The position numbers and the translations under genes were made by a program. A stretch of 64,000 nucleotides of DNA, taken from a virus. Positions 38,405 to 47,512 of the stretch are shown here, in pieces; position 1 is the first letter of the stretch, and each line of letters opens with the position of its first letter. A model generated the notes under the pieces. It ran no database searches and was not told where the DNA came from. It was given only the letters and a program-made list of their open reading frames with translations. Where the stretch lies: IMG/VR virus record IMGVR_UViG_3300045988_099717, positions 82,967 through 146,966 of that record; one strand, written 5' to 3'.

Positions 38405-39424
38405 TCATCGATTTATCTTTTTAGACGGATCCCAATCTGAAGAGAAAGGGCATTCGTTTTTGTTATGTAATCCAAAGTCACAATAATAACACAGTGCCGA
38501 CGGGCAGGGTAGCTTGTTTTGCGAAACAGGCTGGCTTAGGGTGGCACGCCGCTTGCTATACCTGGCTCCTTCTGCTCCCTGGATGTATGCCTGAAATGTT
38601 TTTACACTATTATCTTCAAAATCATACATTTTAGACAAAGTGTCATTTAGCATCTCTATAGATTTTGTTTTACGTTCCTCATCCACCTTAACCTTTTGGT
38701 ATTGTCTGGTCCTGGTAAAGAAATAGATGTTCATATCTGGCAGAACTCCACCATATTTTCTATAGATGTAAAACGAATATATAGGATGCTGTAAATTCGT
38801 TTCCAACTTCTTAGAATCAAAAACCTTATTACCTGATTTCCAATCTATGACATAATGGTGAACTACGTTCTTGCTTTTTATAGCCAGATGAAGGTCTACC
38901 GATCCTACTATGTACACATGAGTATGAATTACTCCATTTATGTTAACAGGCTTAGGAAGACGGTACGGCAGCACAAAATCTTCTTCGACTCCAACTATAG
39001 CGCCGTGTCTGATAAGTTTCTCGCAGGGATTAAGATCACTATCAGCTATCATAAACCTATTGCCGTCTTTTTTGAACAGATCCACAATCCAAGCAAGAAG
39101 CTCTCCAGATTGCTTCATGGCTATCATCATATTTTCCGGTGATTGCCAAGGTATGTCTTCTTGGTAAGCATAGTAACTTATAGCTTCCCCCAGGTCTTTG
39201 CCAGAAGGCTGTCTTCCGTTCTTGAAGAAGTATTCCAGTGTCTTATGAATAACCGTACCATAAGACGTAGCTTCTTGTTTTTCCGTAGACCTTTTGCCCT
39301 CCACGTAAGTTTTATACCATTTCATTGGACAAGTAAGAAACGTATCTATCTGGGAATAAGATATGGCAAGACGTTTCACACCATTAAACTCCTTATATAG
39401 CAAATGCGTTTCCGGGACCATCAT
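38405..39424 (-). CDS. Cas4/RecB-family PD-(D/E)XK nuclease with an Fe-S cysteine cluster
   Basis: An N-terminal Cys (LTCPMKWY), a D..IDWKSG motif and three C-terminal Cys (CPSALCYYC...CPF). Confidence 0.6.
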   Translation of the reverse strand: MMVPETHLLYKEFNGVKRLAISYSQIDTFLTCPMKWYKTYVEGKRSTEKQEATSYGTVIHKTLEYFFKNGRQPSGKDLGEAISYYAYQEDIPWQSPENMMIAMKQSGELLAWIVDLFKKDGNRFMIADSDLNPCEKLIRHGAIVGVEEDFVLPYRLPKPVNINGVIHTHVYIVGSVDLHLAIKSKNVVHHYVIDWKSGNKVFDSKKLETNLQHPIYSFYIYRKYGGVLPDMNIYFFTRTRQYQKVKVDEERKTKSIEMLNDTLSKMYDFEDNSVKTFQAYIQGAEGARYSKRRATLSQPVSQNKLPCPSALCYYCDFGLHNKNECPFSSDWDPSKKINR

Positions 39425-39780
39425 AAGTCATTGTCTTTAAATCCTTCCGGGTAATATACGACATACTTCTTACCGTCTTCTGGTGTCATGGCAAACTGCA
39501 TGTAGTTATCACGATTACGATGCTTGCCATCCAATCCTCGTTTCCAATACAGGATACCGTCTATATCCACATAAGATCGGCCGCGGTCGGCTCTAACCAC
39601 GTCCGTGTGTAGCAGATACCCGTCGGAAGACACAATCCACACTTTATCCCCTTTGCTTAAATAAGATATTCTTTTTCTTACAACAACCCTTTTCTTATTA
39701 TCCAATACAAATTCCTCGTCAGTCATACTCTTCATCCTCCTCTTCTTCTGTTTCAAAATCAATTCCATAATACTGATCAT
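39421..39780 (-). CDS. Hypothetical protein
   Basis: 119-aa ORF. Confidence 0.45.
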   Translation of the reverse strand: MISIMELILKQKKRRMKSMTDEEFVLDNKKRVVVRKRISYLSKGDKVWIVSSDGYLLHTDVVRADRGRSYVDIDGILYWKRGLDGKHRNRDNYMQFAMTPEDGKKYVVYYPEGFKDNDL

Positions 39781-39933
39781 AATGCTTGGTCAGTTCTTCT
39801 GGTTCTAAATCTTGTCCAAAATCCATGTTAAAAATATCGTAATTAGTAAAGCACTGTTCCTGCCGGCAGGAAATCTATGAATGCTGCTTTTATTTCTTCA
39901 ATTAGGCCCAAGTGTAACCCTGGGCCATTGTAT

Positions 39934-41634
39934 TTATTTTTTGTCATCTCCTTTTAGCTTCTTTAAAGTATCTGCAATCGGAAGCTGATCAATGACTCCC
40001 AATGCCGGAGCGACGGTCTTAACAACATTGTTAAGGAAATTACCGGTACTGTTCTGACCGCCGTCAAATACCGTGATATTTCCGAGGTTAATGTGCTCAA
40101 ATGCCTTAACCTGTTCTCCAGCAATTTCTTTCCACTGATTAACCATCTTGTACTGGATGGCTATCTGAGGATTGGATTCTGCTGCTTCCACCATAGCCTT
40201 AAATCCCTCTGCTTCTGCCATCAACGACTTTTTCTTACCTTCGGCTTCTGCTTCCAACTTCATCTTAATAGCCTTTGCTTCGGCTTCTGCTTTTGCCAAA
40301 TTGGCTGCTGCTTCAGCGGCAGCCCGGCGTTTAATCTTTTCTGCTTCAGCATCAGCTTGCAAAATAGCTTCTTGCTTCTGGATTTCAGCCGGCACAATCT
40401 TTTCAGCTCGAAGCGCAGCTTGAACTTTCTCAGCCTTAGCCTCTTCCACTTCTTTATCAGCAAGCTCTTTTGCCGTTTTCACAGCCGCTTCCGATTTAAC
40501 CCTCTCTTCTCCAGCCTTCTTTTCTGATTGAGCTTTGATAACCTGTAATTCTGATTCTGATATAGCAACCTCTTTCTGGGCATTGTTATAACCCACAGAT
40601 GCGTTTTTCTCAGCTTCAGCTTTCTTGATCTGAGCTTCGGAATCTTGGATTGCTATAGCTGCTTGTTTATCAGCCTCAGCCTTATTCTTTCCGACTTCTT
40701 CCATTCTTTCAGCCTCAGCTTTGTTTACCTCAAGTTCTGCCTTAGATCTTGCGATCGCTGATTCCTTATCAGCCAAAGTCTTTGCAATAACCGCAGCCCT
40801 ATCTCTATCGGCTTGAGCTACACCGATCTGTTTTTCTTTATCGGTTAAAGCCAAAGCTACTTCTTTTTCTTTCTTTGTTTCAGCTACTACCGTTTCCTTT
40901 TCTTTTTCAGTATAGGCAATTTGAATCTCTTGCTCTTTTTGGGTATTAGCTACAGCCGTTTCTTTTTCCTTTTGCTGTACAGCAATCTTAATAGCACCCA
41001 GCTTTTCCTGTTCTTCGATATTAGCCTGTGCTTCGTTCAGGGCCTTACTTTCAGCTTCTTTGCCAAGATTCATGATATAGCCGGCTTCGTCTCTGATGTC
41101 ACTGATGTTGATATTTAGGAGGTAAAGGCCTAACTTATTAAGTTCGTTATCAATGTTTTTTCTTGCCTTATCCAAAAACTCATCCCTGTCAGAATTAAGT
41201 TTTTCAATCGTCATTTCAGCAATGATCAAACGCATTTGGCCATAAACGATATCCGTAATAAGATTTTCAGTAGATTCAGTATCCATCCCCAAAAGCCTTT
41301 CTGCTGCATTCTGCATAATTTCAGGATTTGTGCTGATTGCTACTGTAATAGTAGTAGGTACATCCACTCTGATATTTTGAGACGACAAAGCACCGGTGAG
41401 CCTACAATCTATTTGCATAGGCTCCATAGACAAAATATCATAGCTTTGAATAATAGGCAAGACGAATGCCGCTCCACCATGATATAATTTCGCCGATTTC
41501 TTTTCCCCACCTGTCTTACCATAAACGACCAAGACTTGATTAGGTTTACATCTACGATACCTTGATAAGACTCCGATGATTGTCAAAATAATCACTACAG
41601 CTAAAATAGCTGACACGTACATGATTGTTGTCAT
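39934..41634 (-). CDS. SPFH/band-7 (flotillin/YqiK-like) membrane protein
   Basis: An N-terminal transmembrane helix, an SPFH core (YRRCKPNQVLVVYGK...IRVDVPTTITVAIS...) and a long A/E/K-rich coiled-coil tail made of EAEK-type repeats. Confidence 0.8.
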   Translation of the reverse strand: MTTIMYVSAILAVVIILTIIGVLSRYRRCKPNQVLVVYGKTGGEKKSAKLYHGGAAFVLPIIQSYDILSMEPMQIDCRLTGALSSQNIRVDVPTTITVAISTNPEIMQNAAERLLGMDTESTENLITDIVYGQMRLIIAEMTIEKLNSDRDEFLDKARKNIDNELNKLGLYLLNINISDIRDEAGYIMNLGKEAESKALNEAQANIEEQEKLGAIKIAVQQKEKETAVANTQKEQEIQIAYTEKEKETVVAETKKEKEVALALTDKEKQIGVAQADRDRAAVIAKTLADKESAIARSKAELEVNKAEAERMEEVGKNKAEADKQAAIAIQDSEAQIKKAEAEKNASVGYNNAQKEVAISESELQVIKAQSEKKAGEERVKSEAAVKTAKELADKEVEEAKAEKVQAALRAEKIVPAEIQKQEAILQADAEAEKIKRRAAAEAAANLAKAEAEAKAIKMKLEAEAEGKKKSLMAEAEGFKAMVEAAESNPQIAIQYKMVNQWKEIAGEQVKAFEHINLGNITVFDGGQNSTGNFLNNVVKTVAPALGVIDQLPIADTLKKLKGDDKK

Positions 41635-41665
41635 AACTTTTAAAATTTAATTGTTGATAAAAAAA

Positions 41666-42160
41666 TTAGATACTTAATTCTCCTTCTTCGTATTTTATAT
41701 TCACCTTGTCACCGTTTTTGTAATTTTTTCCAGACAAGCATCTTACTCTCATTTGCTCCTGTCTTCCATTTTTCGAAATATTTACCATATAATGATTCTT
41801 CCCTAATCTAAACACTATCTCCACCTCTCTGCCATTTAAATCTTCCGGACATTCGTACACCATTTCTTGCTTTAACTTAAGAAGTAACTTATATACGTAA
41901 AACAAAACGATAAAGAAAAACGACCCTATCACAACCCCTACTAAATGGGAACCCGAAAAGTAGGTAGTCCAGCTATATCCAAGAATAAAATGTGTTATGC
42001 CCTTGAATGATATGATGTCCGACAAAGACATACTTAAATCAGAAGCATCATCAATATCAATATCCGTATCCAGATCAGATCCTAATATCGACAACAAAAA
42101 CTGTATAACAAAAGCAAATGACGCTATTAAAGCCATGCATAAAATTATGTCACTTCCCAT
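41666..42160 (-). CDS. NfeD-like membrane protein, partner of the SPFH protein
   Basis: Hydrophobic transmembrane segments followed by a C-terminal beta-rich OB-like region (GREVEIVFRLGKNHYMVNI...GDKVNIKYEEGELSI). It lies immediately upstream of the band-7 gene, as in yqiJK and nfeD-floA pairs. Confidence 0.55.
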   Translation of the reverse strand: MGSDIILCMALIASFAFVIQFLLSILGSDLDTDIDIDDASDLSMSLSDIISFKGITHFILGYSWTTYFSGSHLVGVVIGSFFFIVLFYVYKLLLKLKQEMVYECPEDLNGREVEIVFRLGKNHYMVNISKNGRQEQMRVRCLSGKNYKNGDKVNIKYEEGELSI

Positions 42161-42398
42161 ATCCTTCTGTTATTATTTTGTAAACAAGATCAGTCATATC
42201 TTTGATGGTCTCCATATCATAATCAATAATAATATTGAATTTTTGTTCCACCATCATTTCCAGTTCAATTTGATCAATAGAATCTAATCCAAGTTCTTTA
42301 AACGTCACATCTTCTTCATGAACTATATCTATTTCCGAATTAAGAAACTGAGTAATAATTATATCCTCTATTATCTTTCTGATTCTTACTTTTTCCAT
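42150..42398 (-). CDS. Acyl carrier protein (ACP)
   Basis: 82 aa. FKELGLDSIDQIELEMMVEQKF matches the ACP helix-II phosphopantetheine site [20 protein letters not shown], including the conserved Ser. The overall alignment to E. coli AcpP also holds (KII...EEV...SF..DLG.DS.D.VEL.M..E..F.I). Confidence 0.7.
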   Translation of the reverse strand: MEKVRIRKIIEDIIITQFLNSEIDIVHEEDVTFKELGLDSIDQIELEMMVEQKFNIIIDYDMETIKDMTDLVYKIITEGYGK

Positions 42399-43099
42399 TG
42401 CTTTCTAATTTTGTTAAATAAATACGTTTTTATGTTTTTCAATCGCTCTTTGTCTGTTTCAGAACTTCCGGTAAACAAATAATCCGGATTGCCTTTAGCT
42501 GGCGGCGTAGGCAATTTAGATACGGCAAACAACCAATCCATTTCCTTATTCTTCTTAGACTCCAAATAAGGCTCGGTAGCGATCTTAAATTTTTCAGCTA
42601 TTAAGTCAAAGAGCTTTGAATTTTTAAGGTTCATATGGACTGAAAAAGCCTGAGAAGGTGGTTTCCATATGAAGTTGCATAAGCTCATTGTATAATCTCC
42701 TGACTCTGCTATATAAGATTCCGTTACCTGAAGTATGATCTCTTTCTTGAATGAGGTGTTACCCATAAACCAACACAATCTGGATTCCGCTTCTTTTCTA
42801 CTGACACCTATGTCTTTTGAATATGATTCGTACATTCCTATCATAATCTTCAACGTTTCCAGAACCTCGTCTGTCATCTCTGGTGTCTCTATATAATTCA
42901 CAAAAGACGTTCCTTTGTTGGTTAATCTCATCACACCTGATTTTAATTTCTCAACCAGGCCAAGTTCTATATATCTACCAGCATCTTCTTCCGGCATGGC
43001 TTCGATCATAACCGAATCCTTCTGTCTTATGGCAAGAAGATTGGCAAGATCATTAGGAGTCATGTCTGATGCTGCAAGTTGTCTGAAATTGATGTACAT
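42386..43099 (-). CDS. Hypothetical protein
   Basis: 237-aa ORF. No motif recognised. Confidence 0.5.
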   Translation of the reverse strand: MYINFRQLAASDMTPNDLANLLAIRQKDSVMIEAMPEEDAGRYIELGLVEKLKSGVMRLTNKGTSFVNYIETPEMTDEVLETLKIMIGMYESYSKDIGVSRKEAESRLCWFMGNTSFKKEIILQVTESYIAESGDYTMSLCNFIWKPPSQAFSVHMNLKNSKLFDLIAEKFKIATEPYLESKKNKEMDWLFAVSKLPTPPAKGNPDYLFTGSSETDKERLKNIKTYLFNKIRKQWKK

Positions 43100-43101
43100 T
43101 T

Positions 43102-43299
43102 TTAATCAGCTTTAATAAAAATAACATTCTTGTTATCTTGTCTATCAACATGTCCACATGGACCAACAATTATGTCTATACATGAACAAGAATCGTAATC
43201 TTCGAATATACACCTATCGCATGTATCACCTTCCACACATTTTAATCTTACAATTCCGGCAGTAAATACTTCTCCTACTTTAAATTCCTTCTTTTCCAT
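43102..43299 (-). CDS. Small Cys-rich protein
   Basis: 65-aa ORF containing CDRC, CSC and C..H. Confidence 0.35.
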   Translation of the reverse strand: MEKKEFKVGEVFTAGIVRLKCVEGDTCDRCIFEDYDSCSCIDIIVGPCGHVDRQDNKNVIFIKAD

Positions 43300-43314
43300 A
43301 TTCCCTCCTTGTTT

Positions 43315-43917
43315 TTAACTGTTGTACCCTTCTTTAATAATCGAATTTCTACCGGTAGATACCGACTGTCGAAGATCGTCATGTACAGAATCTACCGTAG
43401 AATACTTGTTTCTGGTTGTAAAAATCACTTCCAGCATCTCCTTGTAATCACCTAAAGCTACTTCGTATCTCGGATCTACTTTGGCTTTTCTTTCGGCCTC
43501 GGCATTACTTTTAGCCAGTTCTCGATCAAGAAGGTCTTCTTTGATTCGGTCAGCAATCATATCAAGCTCTTTTTTGATTACTTCGCCGGCTGCCCGAAGT
43601 TGACCTTCTACGTCACCAAGCTGATCTTGGACGGTACCTATTTCTTTCTTTAGACGATCGTATTCGTTAATCATACCCATATCACCTGCATAGCCGGAAA
43701 AGTCCTTGATTATTCTGGTTCCTTCTTTAAGGAGCTCAATGACTCGTCTTTTACGTTCTCTGCTTATTAAAGACGGAAGACGATAATTCATATCCGCCAC
43801 CGCCTTATCATGTATGGAGTTGATTAAAAACATCTCTCTTTCATCCCCTGCAAATTCAGTAAGAACCAAAAGGAACTTACTTATCAGGTATTCGTTTTCT
43901 TCTACTGTTAGTCTCAT
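43315..43917 (-). CDS. Hypothetical coiled-coil protein
   Basis: 200-aa ORF. Confidence 0.5.
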   Translation of the reverse strand: MRLTVEENEYLISKFLLVLTEFAGDEREMFLINSIHDKAVADMNYRLPSLISRERKRRVIELLKEGTRIIKDFSGYAGDMGMINEYDRLKKEIGTVQDQLGDVEGQLRAAGEVIKKELDMIADRIKEDLLDRELAKSNAEAERKAKVDPRYEVALGDYKEMLEVIFTTRNKYSTVDSVHDDLRQSVSTGRNSIIKEGYNS

Positions 43918-43932
43918 GGTTCTTATTTTTTT

Positions 43933-45066
43933 TTAATATACTGACTGTTCTTCCTTTACCTCTTGTTCTTGATCTTGATTGTTCGTAACGTCTTCCACAG
44001 TATAGAGCTTGGGCGGCGTCGGCGGCTGGTTGGGGTTCACGAACTTCGTCCCTCCCTCCCCGTACATCCATCCATGCCCCGGCAAGATCTCTGGGTGGAT
44101 TGTATTAGTAAGCTCTTCCATACTAACTTGCCTTACCTTCAGTATATGATGAAACACCAGTCCGGCTGTCCTGAATGATGTTTTGTTTTCAGTTTTAAAC
44201 CGGTCAAGAGTCTGATACCAATCTTTCCCAAATATCATATACTTATCCAGCCCGTACCTACGAGGATTGTGCAAGCCTATCATTAACGTACATAGTTGCC
44301 CCAGCGTATCAGATTGGTAAAAATCAGAAAGACGCGGAGGCTGCTCTTGTGGGCTTTTTATCCTTCCTTCTATCTCTCTGTTGAATTGGGATATGATGAG
44401 GAAAAATATGTTTTTATATACTAATTTAGCTTCGTTCATAACCGCCACCAAATCATCTATAGCCGACTTAGGATCTAATCCCATTCTTTTTATCAAAGCA
44501 ATATGATCGACTTTAAATATTATAAGACGTTTGTCTTTGTGTTTGGTAGCTATATGATACACAGCCGCCTCAAACTCTTTTACCGTACACGGAGCATCGA
44601 TGTATATTATATTATTCCTGATTTCACCTTGAAGGATTTCAAACATCCTCATCTCTTCTACTGTATTAGAATCTTGCCTTCTTAATATTTCAGGAGCCCG
44701 CTTTTTCATATCCTGGCTCATTCTGCGAAGAAGAAGATCTTGAGGATTCATTTCGAACTCGCAATTAACAAGAAAATAATCTTCTGCTTGCGGGTTGATC
44801 ATCGGATTCATCACATTTTCCAATATCTTTTGGGCCACATACGATTTACCTACAGATGGCCGGGCTCCTATGGCAATAGCGTGCTGAGGAAAAATACCTC
44901 CAAGCAAAGCCTCATCAATATAATCGTATCCGGTTTTAGCGGGGATAAGCTCTCCCCGCCTGTATTTCAAGATATTCTCATACGCCTCCTCCATAACCTG
45001 TTTAGAGGTCTTGAATATCCTTCTTATATCTATCTTATTTGCTATCTCCTCGTGCATTTTTGTCAC
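43933..45066 (-). CDS. DnaB-family replicative helicase (RecA-like C-terminal domain)
   Basis: Walker A GARPSVGKSY, plus FLVNCEFEM, IDAPCTV and LIISQFNREIEGR (the DnaB H3/H4 motifs). Confidence 0.8.
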   Translation of the reverse strand: MTKMHEEIANKIDIRRIFKTSKQVMEEAYENILKYRRGELIPAKTGYDYIDEALLGGIFPQHAIAIGARPSVGKSYVAQKILENVMNPMINPQAEDYFLVNCEFEMNPQDLLLRRMSQDMKKRAPEILRRQDSNTVEEMRMFEILQGEIRNNIIYIDAPCTVKEFEAAVYHIATKHKDKRLIIFKVDHIALIKRMGLDPKSAIDDLVAVMNEAKLVYKNIFFLIISQFNREIEGRIKSPQEQPPRLSDFYQSDTLGQLCTLMIGLHNPRRYGLDKYMIFGKDWYQTLDRFKTENKTSFRTAGLVFHHILKVRQVSMEELTNTIHPEILPGHGWMYGEGGTKFVNPNQPPTPPKLYTVEDVTNNQDQEQEVKEEQSVY

Positions 45067-45313
45067 CTTTTGTATCCGATTTGGATCCCCTATTAGCTTT
45101 TACTGATTTATACCTAAGACCATTCTTGGTATGAGAACAATCCTTGCCTTTCCTCCAGCCCTTGCCCTTCTTCTTGTCCGTTTCGTAGTTTTTACGACCA
45201 AGCTCCCGGCGTTTGGCTTTCTGTTCCGGTCTGGCATTTATCTCCTTGTCCTTTTTAGCCTTTTTCTTCCTGGCTTCGGGATGAGTCCTGTAGTACTCTG
45301 TCGATCTACCCAT
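45035..45313 (-). CDS. Highly basic K/R-rich small protein (DNA-binding candidate)
   Basis: 92 aa with about 35 percent K+R. Overlaps the dnaB start by 32 nt. Confidence 0.4.
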   Translation of the reverse strand: MGRSTEYYRTHPEARKKKAKKDKEINARPEQKAKRRELGRKNYETDKKKGKGWRKGKDCSHTKNGLRYKSVKANRGSKSDTKGDKNARGDSK

Positions 45314-45362
45314 GTGCTTATGTTTTTGGTTAATAATAGCACAAAGATAGGCAATTCGCGCC

Positions 45363-45929
45363 CTATTTCAATCTGCCGTAACTCATATCAGGATCACACC
45401 AGACATACCCGTCTTTCTCATCATGAAGATACTCAGGGCATCCTCTGCATGCGCTACTGCCTGACACTATTTGGTTGTTCTTATTAGGGCACTTATCTCC
45501 AGGCTTATGCCATTCTATTCTCGAACCTGATCGTTCTTTGTTTACATGACAGAACTGAAAGACTTTTCCCATCGTCTTCTCGCCGAACATACCTATATGT
45601 GTGTATTCTTCCGGTATAGATAGAAATTCGGATAAATCTTTATACATCCTTTCCCGTTCCTCCGGCGTAGACCATAGTCTATCAAGTTCGGCATGGACTC
45701 TTATCTTAAGAGACCTCAGTGATGGCCCCGCAAGCCGGCCTTTAGCTTTTCCCTTATTCGGCCCTGATTCATGAACACCGACATAAGCATTGCATGGTTT
45801 ACACATCATAACCATCCCTAAGCCTTTTCTGCTATATATTTTATCGGCATTGACCAACTCGGTTTCTCTTCCGCAATAAGGGCAAATTTCGCCTCTTAAA
45901 ATCCGTTGTTGCCGCACATTGAGTTCCAT
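45363..45929 (-). CDS. Cys-rich zinc-ribbon protein
   Basis: CPYCG...CKPCN at the N-terminus and CRGCPEY at the C-terminus. Confidence 0.5.
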   Translation of the reverse strand: MELNVRQQRILRGEICPYCGRETELVNADKIYSRKGLGMVMMCKPCNAYVGVHESGPNKGKAKGRLAGPSLRSLKIRVHAELDRLWSTPEERERMYKDLSEFLSIPEEYTHIGMFGEKTMGKVFQFCHVNKERSGSRIEWHKPGDKCPNKNNQIVSGSSACRGCPEYLHDEKDGYVWCDPDMSYGRLK

Positions 45930-46174
45930 ACTCTATCCTTTTGTTTCTCTTTAAACTTTTCATACAAACTGCTTTCAGTTTCCATTTCTGAGATCTCTAC
46001 CTCTACGTCCTCTCTTTTGAAAATTACTTTCTTGGCTGTCGGATACGCGCATTTAGAGATACGAATAGCATTACGAATAGCGTAAACAAAATACGTTTCT
46101 GGTGACGATTCGATCACCACTACCTCGTTTAAAGTGTTTTTATAATTTTCCATGTTGTTATCTACTTGCTTCAA
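45896..46174 (-). CDS. Hypothetical protein
   Basis: 92-aa ORF. Confidence 0.4.
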   Translation of the reverse strand: MKQVDNNMENYKNTLNEVVVIESSPETYFVYAIRNAIRISKCAYPTAKKVIFKREDVEVEISEMETESSLYEKFKEKQKDRVWNSMCGNNGF

Positions 46175-46511
46175 TTACACACCCTGGATTATCTTCACAT
46201 GCCTCTTTGTATTCGATAAGAAACTTAAGAAATGAATCATAAGACCCCCATCCGTTTTCTGGTTCGTATCTCAAAAGACTCTTTCTCTTGGAGATCATAA
46301 TATATATACCTTTTGTGAGTATCTTCACCATCTCCTTAGTATCTATTTCCCTGCCCAATTCTTCCGGTCTCCAAACATAATCGTATAGTGTTTCTTTGTT
46401 TTCTGATACGAATATTTTTTGTGCCATCTTGTTCATGTTGTGGGTGATGTTTGCAACCCATTTACGATCCTCTTCTTTCTTCTTGCTCTTAATATAAACG
46501 TCCAGGCTCAT
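46158..46511 (-). CDS. Hypothetical protein
   Basis: 117-aa ORF. Confidence 0.45.
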   Translation of the reverse strand: MSLDVYIKSKKKEEDRKWVANITHNMNKMAQKIFVSENKETLYDYVWRPEELGREIDTKEMVKILTKGIYIMISKRKSLLRYEPENGWGSYDSFLKFLIEYKEACEDNPGCVIEASR

Positions 46512-47502
46512 AATATTTCTCTTTTACTTTGTTACTAATTATCAAATCTGCCACATCATCTCCATCTCCTACATTTTCAACATTTTGAAGATAGTCCGAT
46601 ACTTTTATCCTTGATCTCATCATCATCCCATCTATCTTTTTACTCCATGTCTCAAATGCTTGTCCTTTGTCCGGAAAAGCTACGGTCTTTCTATCTTTTA
46701 AAACATCTATCACTTCCGGCCTTAGATTCTGCAACCCACCGGTAGCTACAAATAACTCATCTGGTTTATTCACAGCGCATATAATAGCCGTCTTTTCTGA
46801 TTCCACCAAATTAACCACCTTATCCGGATACTGGCTTAGAAGATGTTCTCCGAACAGGCATTGTCTAAACAAGAAGTCTCTTGCATGCAACGAGTGATAA
46901 AACATGACATGAGGCCGCTCATTGTCACCGTCTTTTTCTTTCACTCTTTTTACATCAATCTCATTCCCCTGGCTGTCGGTCTTTATATAAAAGTCCATGA
47001 TCTTGCCGGTTCTACATACAAAATCTTTGTCTATCTGCCAGAATATACAACACCCTTTCCATCCCCATAAGTCCATTGTTCCGACATGATACCTCCTGAA
47101 TACATCAGATACCCTTTCTTTTCCCCATAGAGACGATAAAAATCTAAATACGGTGTTTCTGTCGTCTGGAACCACAGTCCTCTCAAACTCGCTAAAAGGT
47201 ATGTAATTTACAACGTCAGGATTTACAGGAGGACGATAAGCTCTTATACACTTGTTTCCCGAAATCCAAAGATCTTTGTCACCTACATCCTTACCAGTAG
47301 GTCGTTTATCATAACCGCAAGTCCGTTCATGATCGCATCTTCCAAACTCGTTTCCAACAACCTGACCTGTTGCCACATCAATATAAGGGGTGAGGCACCG
47401 GCTTTTCCCGCAAGCGGGGCAGGTTAGCTTCAGTCGGCTCCTGCCAGGTCTGCGGTCAAGTTGAAACCGGGGTACGTTTTCGTATCTTCTGAAATCAAGC
47501 AT
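46489..47502 (-). CDS. DNA primase (zinc finger plus Toprim)
   Basis: Zinc finger CPACGKSRC...CDHERTCG. Toprim motifs VNLVESEKTAIICA, VATGG, AFPDKGQ and GDGDDVADL. Confidence 0.7.
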   Translation of the reverse strand: MLDFRRYENVPRFQLDRRPGRSRLKLTCPACGKSRCLTPYIDVATGQVVGNEFGRCDHERTCGYDKRPTGKDVGDKDLWISGNKCIRAYRPPVNPDVVNYIPFSEFERTVVPDDRNTVFRFLSSLWGKERVSDVFRRYHVGTMDLWGWKGCCIFWQIDKDFVCRTGKIMDFYIKTDSQGNEIDVKRVKEKDGDNERPHVMFYHSLHARDFLFRQCLFGEHLLSQYPDKVVNLVESEKTAIICAVNKPDELFVATGGLQNLRPEVIDVLKDRKTVAFPDKGQAFETWSKKIDGMMMRSRIKVSDYLQNVENVGDGDDVADLIISNKVKEKYYEPGRLY

Positions 47503-47512
47503 TTTTAATTCC

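Noticed and set aside
40093-40527. Plus-strand ORFs antisense to the SPFH gene (40093-40527, 40172-40423, 40260-40463)
   Set aside because: They are artefacts of the repetitive GC-richer AEAEK-coding region. Their compositions (poly-F/L/S and poly-A/S) are typical antisense shadows.
43877-44178. Small ORFs overlapping the dnaB 3' end (43877-44071 on the minus strand, 43963-44178 on the plus strand)
   Set aside because: They lie entirely within or antisense to a well-supported helicase gene and their compositions are R/S-rich shadows.
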